From Dehalococcoidia bacterium (GTDB taxonomy: Bacteria; Chloroflexota; Dehalococcoidia; Lucifugimonadales; VXLM01): a stretch of DNA of 64,000 bases. Location of the stretch: the NCBI GenBank assembly GCA_963662435.1, contig OY759598.1:3504507-3568506 (forward strand), written 5' to 3'. Under the pieces are notes generated by a model. That model was given only the letters and a program-made list of their open reading frames with translations, made no database searches and had not been told where the DNA came from. Positions 18,087-35,819 of this stretch are shown here, one piece after another. The stretch's first letter is position 1; every line of letters begins with the position of its first letter. The translations under genes were made by a program, and so were the position numbers.

Positions 18087-19700
18087 ATGTCCGGCGGAAC
18101 TGACATCGCAGACGTACTGGTCATAGGCGCAGGGATGTCCGGCGGCGCCTTCTCGTGGAGCCTGAGCGAGGCCGGTTTCCAAGTTACGTGCATCGAACAG
18201 GGCGGATGGCCCATTCCGAGCAGGTACCCCACTACCCATGAGGACTGGGAGCTTCACCTCAGCTCCGACTACCATTTCGATCCGAACGTGCGTGGGCTGC
18301 CGGAGGACTACCCGGTCAACACCGACGACTCGGCTATTGTCCCGTTCATGTACAACGCCGTCGGGGGAAGCGCCATACACTGGGGGGCTCACTTCCCCAG
18401 GATGAGGCCGTCGGACTTTCGCGTGAAGACGTTGGACGGCGTGGCGGACGACTGGCCGCTGACGTATTACGATCTCGAACCGTATTTCGACCTGAACGAC
18501 CGGATGACGGGCGTCGCAGGCCTCGCAGGCAACCCCGCATACCCACCGATGCCGCCGCGTCAGACGCCTCCGCTCGGCATAGGCAAGCAGGGCAACAAGC
18601 TGGCCGAGGGGTTTGAGCGACTGGGCTGGCACTGGTGGCCCGCGGAGAGCGCGATCAACTCCGCGCCGTACGACGGGCGTCCGGCCTGCACGTACGGAGG
18701 CCCATGTGTAACTGGGTGCTATGTGAAGGCCAAGTCCAGTGCGGACGTCACCTACTGGCCCAAGGCGATTGCGAACGGAGCGGTCCTGAAGACCGGGGCG
18801 CGGGTGGCGGAGATCACCGTCGGACCGGATGGACTGGCCGATGGGGCCGTCTACTATGACGCCCAGGGAGTCGTACAGCACCAGAAGGCTCGAGTCGTCG
18901 TGATGGCGGCCAACGGTGTAGGGACGCCGAGGTTGTTGCTCAATTCGAGGTCGGCGCTATTCCCCGATGGGCTTGCCAACGGCAGTGGGCTTGTCGGCAA
19001 GAACCTGATGTTTCACCCCGTCGCCGCAACCGTGGGCATTTTCGAAGAGGAACTCGAAGGGTTCAAGGGGCCGCTCGCGTGCTCGGTCACGAGCTACGAG
19101 CACTGCGAGACCGACCATTCGCGGGGATTCGTGCGAGGGTACCAGCTACAGTCCAACCGCCAGTTGGGACCGGTGAATACCTCTCTCGGTGGTCCGTTGG
19201 AGCGGCCGGTCCCCTGGGGCGACTCGCACCACGAGGCGTTCGATGCGCGGTTCGGGAGGATCATCCCCATCGCGGCACTTGGGGAAGACCTGCCTGAGCT
19301 GCACAATGAGGTGGTGCTAGACTCCGTGATGACAGACGGTCACGGAATCCCGGCGCCGAAGGTCAACTACACGATGAGCGAGAACTCGACGAGAATGATG
19401 GAGGAGGCGGTTGCCCGTATGGAGGAGCTGATGGAGGCGGCGGGGGCGGTGGGCACAGGCTCGAACATGACGATGCGCGGGGCAGGATGGCACCTGCTGG
19501 GAACGGCCCGAATGGGAACCGACGCGGATACGTCGGTAGTGGACGGGCACGGCCGCGCGCACGACGTGAGGAACCTCTTCGTGATCGACGGCAGCCTGTT
19601 CGTCACGAGCGGGGCCGTCAATCCCACCTCTACCATCCAGGCACTTGCGCTGTGGGTGGCGGACTACATCAAGAACAACTCTCGACACGTGCTCGAATGA
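18087..19700 (+). CDS. GMC family oxidoreductase (flavoprotein subunit)
   Basis: VLVIGAGMSGG, AVGGSAIHW, LVGKNLMFH, HLLGTARMG, NPTSTIQALA. Confidence 0.93.
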   Translation: MSGGTDIADVLVIGAGMSGGAFSWSLSEAGFQVTCIEQGGWPIPSRYPTTHEDWELHLSSDYHFDPNVRGLPEDYPVNTDDSAIVPFMYNAVGGSAIHWGAHFPRMRPSDFRVKTLDGVADDWPLTYYDLEPYFDLNDRMTGVAGLAGNPAYPPMPPRQTPPLGIGKQGNKLAEGFERLGWHWWPAESAINSAPYDGRPACTYGGPCVTGCYVKAKSSADVTYWPKAIANGAVLKTGARVAEITVGPDGLADGAVYYDAQGVVQHQKARVVVMAANGVGTPRLLLNSRSALFPDGLANGSGLVGKNLMFHPVAATVGIFEEELEGFKGPLACSVTSYEHCETDHSRGFVRGYQLQSNRQLGPVNTSLGGPLERPVPWGDSHHEAFDARFGRIIPIAALGEDLPELHNEVVLDSVMTDGHGIPAPKVNYTMSENSTRMMEEAVARMEELMEAAGAVGTGSNMTMRGAGWHLLGTARMGTDADTSVVDGHGRAHDVRNLFVIDGSLFVTSGAVNPTSTIQALALWVADYIKNNSRHVLE

Positions 19701-19707
19701 CAATGCC

Positions 19708-20190
19708 ATGACTACCTACGAACACGCTCACGAGCGCAGCAACTTTCTCTCGCCGAACCAGAGGGAGTTACTCACGGCTGTAGTCGACCTGGTCATTCCG
19801 TCGGGAGACGGTGTGCCCGGCGCCTCTGATGTGGGCGTGGCGGCGCACGTTGAGGGGATAAACGGTGTAACGCCTCCGGCACGTAGTCTCCTTGCGAACG
19901 GGCTAAAGGCGATCGAAGCAGCCAGCGGGTGCACTCATTCGAAGCGATTCCTAAGCCTGTCGGACGATGACAGGACGGCGGTGCTGAAGCAGGTGGAGTC
20001 GCGGGAGCCGGAGTTCTTCGCGGTATTGGTGCGCGAGACGTACTCCGGGTACTACAGCAGCCAAGAGGTGCTTCGGGCTAAGGGGCTTCCGCTTTCGGCG
20101 CCTCAGCCGGAGGGATACGACATTGAGCCGTTCGACGCCTCGCTTCTCGAGGGCGTTCGCAAGCGGGGCAAGGCGTACCGCGACGCTTGA
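19708..20190 (+). CDS. Gluconate 2-dehydrogenase subunit 3-family protein
   Basis: DLVIP...PGASDVGV...FLSLS...FF...TYSGYYS; directly after the GMC gene. Confidence 0.8.
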   Translation: MTTYEHAHERSNFLSPNQRELLTAVVDLVIPSGDGVPGASDVGVAAHVEGINGVTPPARSLLANGLKAIEAASGCTHSKRFLSLSDDDRTAVLKQVESREPEFFAVLVRETYSGYYSSQEVLRAKGLPLSAPQPEGYDIEPFDASLLEGVRKRGKAYRDA

Positions 20191-20378
20191 CGGGTAGTCC
20201 AAGAGGGACTCCTCTTGCTCCCGTACTTGATACGAGGGCGGACGGTTTCCTTCCTTCGGAACCTCACTTCAGATTCAGTTGAAGTGAGTCAGAAGTGAGT
20301 CTGTGGCAGTCGCTAAAGCGATGCATCAGACGGGGGAATTTGAGGTATCACGGAAGGGGGCCCGCACCTTGGTTTACC

Positions 20379-20408
20379 TTGACAGTGCAGTTGCCGAAGT
20401 CCTACGAT
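20379..20408 (+). promoter_or_regulatory. Sigma70-type promoter of the tRNA pair
   Basis: TTGACA-18 nt-TACGAT ending 11 nt before tRNA-Phe. Confidence 0.65.
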
Positions 20409-20419
20409 AAGTAGCCTAC

Positions 20420-20495
<76 letters not shown>

Positions 20496-20518
20496 GCGGT
20501 GCGTCGCTGACATAGCGA

Positions 20519-20593
<75 letters not shown>

Positions 20594-21045
20594 GCGTTGG
20601 CCTCCTCGAACTCCTTCGTTAGGCGCTCATTGGGACTGCCCGGTACTATCTCAAGTCACTTGGCATTGATCTTGAATGGCACGTCTACAGGCTCCCTTCG
20701 ACAAGCTCAGGGCGAACGTACTTTCTCCTACCTGCGTCACCCGCTACTGACACCAAACCAGGTTATTCATACTTGAAAATGCCCTAGTAGAGGTTCCGGT
20801 TCCACTCTTCCCTCTGTACTCCCTGTGGTGCATCTTTGTCCCATATCGAGCAGTTACCTGAAGGCTTGTCGAAGGGTCGAGGAGCTGTTCATGGTTTGAC
20901 AAGCTCACCACGAACGGGATTCACGGACTTCGGATACACCCTGCAGGACACGGCACACCGCCCTTTCGGAACCATCCCGGCCACAGGAAATGTGCCGAGT
21001 GCTTTTCCAATATCGCACGACTTTTCATGTCAGGCGAAAAAACCG

Positions 21046-21074
21046 TTGACAGGCCTATATTCATATGGTACGCT
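21046..21074 (+). promoter_or_regulatory. Sigma70-type promoter of rpoBC
   Basis: TTGACA-17 nt-TACGCT with TG extension and an A-tract upstream. Confidence 0.6.
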
Positions 21075-21215
21075 TTGGATGTCGCGATATGCCTTTCGTC
21101 AACTCACGACATTTTCTCACACCCATTCCGCTTCTTCTAATTCCGTAGTCCGCCGCGCCCTCCGCGGTTTCGGGCTGCTAGGCAGCGCCATTTAACTTCG
21201 AGGAGAAAGAATCGT

Positions 21216-25106
<3,891 letters not shown>

Positions 25107-25202
25107 CCTCGACGGGTCGGCCCGGATAATTCAGACCTCGCCCACCACCTCTCCGCGTCCACTTCGGAGCGGAGAGGCAACAAATTCGACAGGAGCGCGC
25201 AC

Positions 25203-29321
<4,119 letters not shown>

Positions 29322-29329
29322 TCGAGAGA

Positions 29330-29356
29330 CGACTCGACGGCTAGTCCGTCGAGTCG
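29330..29356. terminator. Hairpin between convergent rpoC and pcm
   Basis: CGACTCGACGG-CTAGT-CCGTCGAGTCG perfect 11-bp stem. Confidence 0.6.
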
Positions 29357-29985
29357 GGCTCCGGCCAGGCGTCCTGCCCGATGAGCGGGACGAAACGGCA
29401 GGCCGCCAGCGTGGTGACCGAATAGTTCGTGTCTGATCGCACGACCTTCATCAGGTGTTGCTGGCGGCGTCCGCCGACCGGAATCTCGAGTCTCCCGCCG
29501 TCCGAGAGCTGGTCGACCAGACCTCTGATGAGCTTGGGAGCCGCAGCGGCAACCACGATGCCGTCGTACGGGGCCTCCGACACCCACCCGATTCGTCCCT
29601 CGGCCACCCGGACAGTGACGTTGTTGTAGCCGAGCGACTTCAGGCGCAACTTGGCGGAGTCGGCAAGGTCCGCGATGCGTTCCACCGTGAGCACCTCACG
29701 CACCAACTCTGAGAGTATCGCAGCCTGGTACCCGCTGCCAGTGCCAACCTCAAGAACCTTGTCGCTGCGTCGGGGACTCAGCGCGTCCAGCATCGTCCCG
29801 ATCATGAACGGCTGTGAGATGGTCTGGCCTTCGGAGAGGGGCAGGGCGGAATCTTCGTAGGCCGCACAACGGTACTTCTCGGGCACGAAGGCCTCTCGCG
29901 GCACCCTTTCCATGGCGTCGACCACGCGAGGGTCATCAATTTCCCCGCGCAGACGGTCCATCAGGTTGCGCTTGGCGTCTTCCAC
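29341..29985 (-). CDS. pcm: Protein-L-isoaspartate O-methyltransferase
   Basis: VPREAFV, GQTISQP, VLEVGTGSGYQAA, APYDGIVV, CRFVPLIG. Confidence 0.95.
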   Translation of the reverse strand: MEDAKRNLMDRLRGEIDDPRVVDAMERVPREAFVPEKYRCAAYEDSALPLSEGQTISQPFMIGTMLDALSPRRSDKVLEVGTGSGYQAAILSELVREVLTVERIADLADSAKLRLKSLGYNNVTVRVAEGRIGWVSEAPYDGIVVAAAAPKLIRGLVDQLSDGGRLEIPVGGRRQQHLMKVVRSDTNYSVTTLAACRFVPLIGQDAWPEPDSTD

Positions 29986-30111
29986 ACTCTCACCCCCCGC
30001 TCAGGGGCAAACTGTAGCACAGTGGGCTAAGCGTAACTACGGGCTCAATTGACACCCCACATCGCTCAAATCTATACTCACCCGCACTCGTACGCCTCCC
30101 GAGGTGACCAT

Positions 30112-31521
30112 GTGACTGACGAAATCTACTACTCGGACGCTGTTGAACTGGCCCGCCGGATCGCGGCCAGGGAACTCTCGCCCGTCGAGGTCGTACAGGC
30201 GCACCTTGACCGCATCCAAGCCGTGAATCCCAAGCTCAACGCTATCGTCGAGTTGCAGGGTGGCGCCGCGATGGAGCGCGCCCATGAGGCGGAGGCGGCC
30301 TTGGCTCGTAGAGAGGTGTGGGGACCCCTGCACGGCGTGCCGTTCACGATCAAGGACTGCATCGACAACAAGGGTGTTCTCACGACGCGAGGCTCGAAGC
30401 TCTTCGAAGACTACAGACCGGACGACGATGCCACGGTCGTCAAGCGATTGCTCGCGGCGGGCGGAATCTTCATCGGAAAGACCAACATGCCGGAGTTTGC
30501 CCTGTGGTGGGAGACCGGCAACCTCGTCTATGGGTTCACGGAGAACCCTTGGATGATCGGCAGGACGGCTGGAGGGTCGAGCGGAGGAGAGGCGTCCGCC
30601 ATCGCGGCGGGTATGTCGCCTCTCGGCATAGGAAGCGACGTTGGGGGATCGATCCGATGGCCCGCGCACGTTGCGGGAATCGTCGGGCTCAAGCCCACGC
30701 ATGGGCGCGTGCCCCTCACGGGCCACTTCCCTGAGACGTTGTTGCGATTCATGCATGTTGGCCCGATGGCGCGTTCGGTGCGAGACATCGCGTTCGCCAT
30801 GCCCATCATCGCCGGGCCGGACGATTCCGATCCCTATGCCATGCCCGTTCCCATGCCCGGTCTCGACAATCTCGACGGGGTCGTCTCCGAACTCAGGATA
30901 GGATTCTGCCCGGAGGGACCCTTCGCTCCTGTCATGTCTGATATACAGCAGACCGTGACGAGGGCGGCCAGTACCCTCGAAGAGATGGGTTGCTATGTAG
31001 AAGAAATAGACCTGGCGGGATGGTACGACCGGCAGGCGCAGGACATCTCCATGGCGTACTTCCTAGGCGAAGGCGCATTCGATATGGACCCGATAATCAA
31101 GGGCCATGAGGACGAGCTCGCGCCCTCCATGCAACGACGGCTCGACCAGCCGCGTCCGTCTGCCGCCGACTACTTCAAGAGCCTGCAGGACACCGAATGG
31201 CTCCGGCAGGACGTGAAGCGTCTCTTTGCTACGTACGACCTCTTGCTCCTTCCGACCTCGACGACCACCGCCTTCGAGCATGATTCGCCGATGATCGACA
31301 TCGACGGCCAGAGCGTTCATGGAAGGAACTCCCTTCGCATAACGGTGCCCTTCGATCTGACGGGCTCACCCGCCATCAGTGTTCCGTTCGGATGGAGCGA
31401 TGACGGTCTGCCGATAGGAGTGCATCTGATTGGACGTCACTTCGACGAGGCGACGGTGCTCCGCGCCGCCGCCGCACTGGAGTCCCAGCATGAAACGGCC
31501 GACCGGCGTCCGGACCTGTAG
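30112..31521 (+). CDS. Amidase signature family protein
   Basis: GPLHGVPFTIKD, GKTNMPEF, GGSSGGEA, GSDVGGSIRWPA. Confidence 0.93.
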   Translation: MTDEIYYSDAVELARRIAARELSPVEVVQAHLDRIQAVNPKLNAIVELQGGAAMERAHEAEAALARREVWGPLHGVPFTIKDCIDNKGVLTTRGSKLFEDYRPDDDATVVKRLLAAGGIFIGKTNMPEFALWWETGNLVYGFTENPWMIGRTAGGSSGGEASAIAAGMSPLGIGSDVGGSIRWPAHVAGIVGLKPTHGRVPLTGHFPETLLRFMHVGPMARSVRDIAFAMPIIAGPDDSDPYAMPVPMPGLDNLDGVVSELRIGFCPEGPFAPVMSDIQQTVTRAASTLEEMGCYVEEIDLAGWYDRQAQDISMAYFLGEGAFDMDPIIKGHEDELAPSMQRRLDQPRPSAADYFKSLQDTEWLRQDVKRLFATYDLLLLPTSTTTAFEHDSPMIDIDGQSVHGRNSLRITVPFDLTGSPAISVPFGWSDDGLPIGVHLIGRHFDEATVLRAAAALESQHETADRRPDL

Positions 31522-31547
31522 TTGGCACAACCCCTAAGGAGTCCACA

Positions 31548-33155
31548 ATGCCATTCGATACGCTCATAAGGAACGCGACTGTCGTCGACGGAACAAACTC
31601 CCCTAGATACGGTGCGGACGTCGGCCTCCAAGACGGAAAAATTACCGCCATTGGAACACTTGGAGTAGCGGAGGCCGGGCGGAGCATCGACGCCTCCGGG
31701 CTCGTACTCGCGCCGGGCTTCATTGACATGCACACGCATTCCGACCTCACGCTGCTGGACGATCCCGGCGGGGAAAGCATGGCCCACCAGGGGGTCACAA
31801 CGCAGGTAACGGGGAACTGCAGCTACTCGCCGTTTCCCATGGGAGACCTTGAGCCGGAGGAGCTGAGGAAGATCACCGGAGAGATATTCGAGACGAACCA
31901 GACGTGGCGCTGGAAGACACTCGACGAGTGGGCGAACGTCATGGAGTCACAGGGGGTGAGCATAAACGCCGCGCCCCAGGTTGGGAACACCCCCCTGCGG
32001 GCGGCCTGCGGCGCTCTCGAAAACCGCCCGGCAACTCCAGATGAGCTGGACGTTCAGAAGCGGCTTCTCGCCGAGACGATGGAGCAGGGCGCGTTCAGCC
32101 TGTCGACCGGGCTATCCCTCGCTCCGTCCGGTTTCGCGCCTACGGACGAGGTCGTCGCCCTTGCCGAGGTCGCGGCGCGCTATGGCGGATTCTACGTGAC
32201 GCATGCCCGGGTGCTTCCCGGATGGCACATCAAGATGGTCGAGGAGGCGGTCGAAATCGGACGCCGGGCCGGCATCCCCGTGCAGTTCTCCCACATGGCG
32301 ATAGTCGACCGGCGCTATTACGGCCACGGTCCCCAGATCGTCGATGTGATCGACAGGGCCCGGGACGAGGGCCTGGACATCACCTACGACATGTACCCCT
32401 ACACGGCAGCGGGCGCAGGGCTGAACCAGCTCGTCCCGCTGTGGATGCAGGAGGGTGGGATCCCCATGTTCATGGAGCGCCTCCGCGACGCCGACCTTCG
32501 GCAACTTGCCATCAAGGAAATGAACGAGGGCCGCGACGGCGGAATTCCTCCCCTGTGGTACAACCAGGTCATCAGCAACACCAACAGCGAGGAGAATCGC
32601 GAGCTGATCGGGTACAACCTCGTCGAGATCGCGGAGATGCGCGGCGTCGAGCCCGCCGAGGCAACCCTGCAGCTGATCGAGGAAGAGGAGGACGGGGTCA
32701 TGGCGGTTGTACACAACCGCATGGAGAGCGACATCCGATTCTTCCTGGGACATCCGCAGGCGATGATCGGCTCCGACGGCAACGCCATCTCGCCGGACGG
32801 GCTCTACAAGGACTTCAGGCCGCATCCTCGGTTCTATGGGCCGTATCCCCGCATTCTTGGCCGGTACGTCCGCGAACAGCCGGCCGTGCTGACCCTGGAA
32901 GAGGCAATCTACAAGATGTCCGGGTTCCCCGCCACGCGTATGGGATTCAAGCAGAGAGGATGGGTCAAGGAGGGACTGATCGCCGATCTCGTGTTGTTCA
33001 ATCCGGATACGGTCATAGACAACGCCACCTTCGAAGACCCACATCAGTACCCGACCGGCGTGCCCTACGTCTTCGTGGCGGGCGAGACGGTCATCGACGA
33101 GGGCAAGCACACGGGCGCGCGTCCGGGGCGGGTGCTGAGGAACGGGAGCGCGTAG
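31548..33155 (+). CDS. N-acyl-D-amino-acid deacylase family (D-aminoacylase)
   Basis: APGFIDMHTHSD, GVTTQVTGNC, DMYPYTA, IGSDG, HPRFYG. Confidence 0.92.
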   Translation: MPFDTLIRNATVVDGTNSPRYGADVGLQDGKITAIGTLGVAEAGRSIDASGLVLAPGFIDMHTHSDLTLLDDPGGESMAHQGVTTQVTGNCSYSPFPMGDLEPEELRKITGEIFETNQTWRWKTLDEWANVMESQGVSINAAPQVGNTPLRAACGALENRPATPDELDVQKRLLAETMEQGAFSLSTGLSLAPSGFAPTDEVVALAEVAARYGGFYVTHARVLPGWHIKMVEEAVEIGRRAGIPVQFSHMAIVDRRYYGHGPQIVDVIDRARDEGLDITYDMYPYTAAGAGLNQLVPLWMQEGGIPMFMERLRDADLRQLAIKEMNEGRDGGIPPLWYNQVISNTNSEENRELIGYNLVEIAEMRGVEPAEATLQLIEEEEDGVMAVVHNRMESDIRFFLGHPQAMIGSDGNAISPDGLYKDFRPHPRFYGPYPRILGRYVREQPAVLTLEEAIYKMSGFPATRMGFKQRGWVKEGLIADLVLFNPDTVIDNATFEDPHQYPTGVPYVFVAGETVIDEGKHTGARPGRVLRNGSA

Positions 33156-33163
33156 GCAGGCCT

Positions 33164-34138
33164 GTGTCACAGCGATTTGAAATACCCATCCAGCGGGACT
33201 TGGCCGAGGAGCTCTTCGCCTTTTGGAAGGAGATCTTCGGTTCGGAGGACCCCGACATCCCGATAGGCGTCTTCCTCGGCGACGAGGTGGACCACAATCG
33301 CCTCGTCACCTTCCTTGATCGTGACGGCGATACCCTCGCGGGAACCTGCGGGATCACGATTCCCAAGGCAGAGCCTCGACTGGCGGGATTCGGTGAGGTC
33401 GCCACGCTGCCGGACTATCGAGGGCGCGGCATAGCGACACGGCTTTGCGGACAGGCAGTCGAGGAGTTTGTCGAGCAGGGTGGGGAGGCCGTTTTCCTCG
33501 GCACCGGCAACCCAGAGGCCGCGCGAATATATCATCGGCTTGGTTGGCGCAGGATCGCGGGCTCCAACGTGTGGGCCAACGTGACGACGGGTGATTCGCC
33601 TGAAGAGTACCTCGCGGACTACTACCGGACTACCGGCAACGTGAGCATCGTTCCGGGCGACGCCTCGCTCCGGGTGCCAATGATCCCGCTTCTGCTAACG
33701 CCTCACGACTGGCAGGTGCTCGACGGGAACCTGCCCGTGCCGATGCTGTCGATACGGTACGCGGTGCAGAACTCCTGCATGGGCCTGTGCCGAAAGTACT
33801 ACGATCTGGTCAAGCATGAAGGTACGGCATGGTTCGCGGCCAGGACGGACGACGGTCGTATTGTCGGGATATCCACGGCAAAGATGATTGATGCCAATTC
33901 GTGTGCCGTCGACGGGTTCATCCATGCGCGACATGGAGACTCTTATGGCGCGCTGATCGGAGCCGCCATCGAGTGGGGCCGTTCCGAAGGCGCAAGCGTG
34001 GTCACAGCAAGGCTCTCAGTCGAAGACGAGGACAAGCAGGCGGCATTTGAGTCGTTGGGATTCCGCAGGGGGGACGTGGACGGGAGCTTCGAGCTTGACG
34101 ACCGCGAGGTTGAAGCGGTAGCGGTGACGCTGGACTAG
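33164..34138 (+). CDS. GNAT family acetyltransferase (two GNAT-like domains)
   Basis: VATLPDYRGRGIA, AARIYHRLGW, AAFESLGF; GTG start 8 nt after the previous stop. Confidence 0.85.
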   Translation: MSQRFEIPIQRDLAEELFAFWKEIFGSEDPDIPIGVFLGDEVDHNRLVTFLDRDGDTLAGTCGITIPKAEPRLAGFGEVATLPDYRGRGIATRLCGQAVEEFVEQGGEAVFLGTGNPEAARIYHRLGWRRIAGSNVWANVTTGDSPEEYLADYYRTTGNVSIVPGDASLRVPMIPLLLTPHDWQVLDGNLPVPMLSIRYAVQNSCMGLCRKYYDLVKHEGTAWFAARTDDGRIVGISTAKMIDANSCAVDGFIHARHGDSYGALIGAAIEWGRSEGASVVTARLSVEDEDKQAAFESLGFRRGDVDGSFELDDREVEAVAVTLD

Positions 34139-34140
34139 CC

Positions 34141-34506
34141 ATGCCCGAGCCTCACACCAAGATAGACGACTACGCCGACGAGCTCATCTCGACCCCGAGG
34201 GCGCACCTTGCTCTTGAACTCCGTCAGGATGGTGAAGGGCTGGAACTCGTCTACCGTGACCGGCAGCTCGTGAGGTGCTACCTCACCCGGCAGGGCATGG
34301 CGGCGGCCAACTACATGGCAAAGGCGCTCGGAGTCCCAATCCCGCCTCTTGGCGAGACCGTGAAGGCCCGTGTGTCCACGGGTGTGCTCTTCCGGGCGAT
34401 ATCCATCGCATCGCTCGACTATGACGTGGAGGAGTCGTTCGTCCTGCTCGAACGCTGGCTGCAGGAGGCAACCCTCCAGCGCACGGGCTCGAGCGAGATG
34501 ACTTGA
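34141..34506 (+). CDS. Hypothetical protein
   Basis: 121-aa ORF starting 2 nt after the GNAT stop, protein-like composition. Confidence 0.7.
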   Translation: MPEPHTKIDDYADELISTPRAHLALELRQDGEGLELVYRDRQLVRCYLTRQGMAAANYMAKALGVPIPPLGETVKARVSTGVLFRAISIASLDYDVEESFVLLERWLQEATLQRTGSSEMT

Positions 34507-34543
34507 TGGGATGGGGTACTAGCCATTTGGCCGAACAGGTTCA

Positions 34544-35266
34544 ATGGATGATGCTGTCGAAGGATCGGTTCCTAAATTGACGTTTGAATTCGCCCACAAA
34601 TTCGACCGTGAAGTCTATGCAGAGTGGCACCGGCCTTTGCTCGAACGGCTCTTTGGGAACATGATTGACCTGCGTTACGACCTGTACGAACGTACGCACT
34701 CGCACAGACGAGACCACAATGGGGGAGCGGACACTGGCCAGTGCACAGCGTGGCCCAGTCCTCCGTATCTTGCTCCGGTTTGGCGACTAATGGCCGAGGA
34801 GACCGGGGCTAGACGCATTTTGGAGGTTGGTACGGCAATTGGCTATACGGCCGTCCTCATGGCGGACGCAGGAGGGCCCGGATCGCACGTCGATACCATC
34901 GAAATCGACCCTAGTCACGCGGATCGAGCGGAAAAAGAGATTAGAGCGAAAGGCCTCTCGGAGCGAGTCTGCGTCCTACGAGGCGATGCAAGAAAGATCC
35001 TGCCAACCTTGACGAGACCATACGATGTAGTATTCGCTGATGCCGAGAGCGGTGATTTACCCGAAGACCTCAACCGCCTTGCCGGATCAAGGGGGGCGGT
35101 AGCCAAGATCAAAGACAGTCTACGCGACCCTCTGATGTTGATCCTTAATGAGCTTCGAATCACCCTCACACGAGGAAACGAACCTGATACTGGTGCCCTT
35201 CAGAGGGCGCGAGACGCGTACCGCAGCGCGGTGCGGTACGCGCTGGTAAGGTCTCCGCGAAGGTAG
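34544..35266 (+). CDS. Class I SAM-dependent O-methyltransferase
   Basis: RILEVGTAIGYTA, TIEID, GDA, PYDVVFADA. Confidence 0.85.
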   Translation: MDDAVEGSVPKLTFEFAHKFDREVYAEWHRPLLERLFGNMIDLRYDLYERTHSHRRDHNGGADTGQCTAWPSPPYLAPVWRLMAEETGARRILEVGTAIGYTAVLMADAGGPGSHVDTIEIDPSHADRAEKEIRAKGLSERVCVLRGDARKILPTLTRPYDVVFADAESGDLPEDLNRLAGSRGAVAKIKDSLRDPLMLILNELRITLTRGNEPDTGALQRARDAYRSAVRYALVRSPRR

Positions 35267-35297
35267 TTCATTCCTGAGATTGCTGGAGGTTTCTAAC

Positions 35298-35819
35298 ATG
35301 GTATTCAATTTCGACCCGCCCGACATCACGCTGGCATTCGAACGCAGACAGTACAGCCTTGGGGATACCATCAGCGCGACCGTTACGTTTATGCCGAATG
35401 GAAATATCGAGATTCGAAGAGCTTCCCTTAGCCTTCTGGCCGAAGTGCGCCGCACAGGAGTGAGGATGGGAAGGATGATGGATATGGGAGGCGCTGCTAC
35501 CCTACAGGGAGGGGCTCCGCTCAGAACCAACGATTACATACCCATGCAGCAGACCACGGAACAGAAGACATCCACGGAAGTTTGCTACAGCACGGACTTC
35601 CTGTCATCGGAGACGCTCACCAAGGACAATGTCAGCAGGCACGCCGTGTCACTCGAATTGGGGCCGGAAATGCCCAAACCGGCCATCGAAGCAGAAGCGC
35701 TTCAACGTGACGCCAACAACTCGCTTTCCATTGAGCGATGGTGGCTTGAGGTTCAGGTCGATGTCGCAAGGGGGCGGGACCAAAGCGTGCGGAAGGAGAT
35801 AGACGTCACTCTGCCGTGA
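35298..35819 (+). CDS. Hypothetical protein (possible arrestin/SpoOM-like beta sandwich)
   Basis: GGAGG RBS; YSLGDTISATV...WWLEVQVDVARGRD strand pattern. Confidence 0.6.
   Translation: MVFNFDPPDITLAFERRQYSLGDTISATVTFMPNGNIEIRRASLSLLAEVRRTGVRMGRMMDMGGAATLQGGAPLRTNDYIPMQQTTEQKTSTEVCYSTDFLSSETLTKDNVSRHAVSLELGPEMPKPAIEAEALQRDANNSLSIERWWLEVQVDVARGRDQSVRKEIDVTLP

Noticed and set aside
20263..20301. GAAGTGAGTC direct repeat with an inverted CTCACTTC upstream of the tRNAs
   Set aside because: Too short to assign; may be a hairpin or chance
32222..33163. 638-aa ORF apparently fusing an Arg/Gly-rich region to the GNAT protein
   Set aside because: The upstream part is an alternative frame of the D-aminoacylase gene; the likely start is GTG 33164
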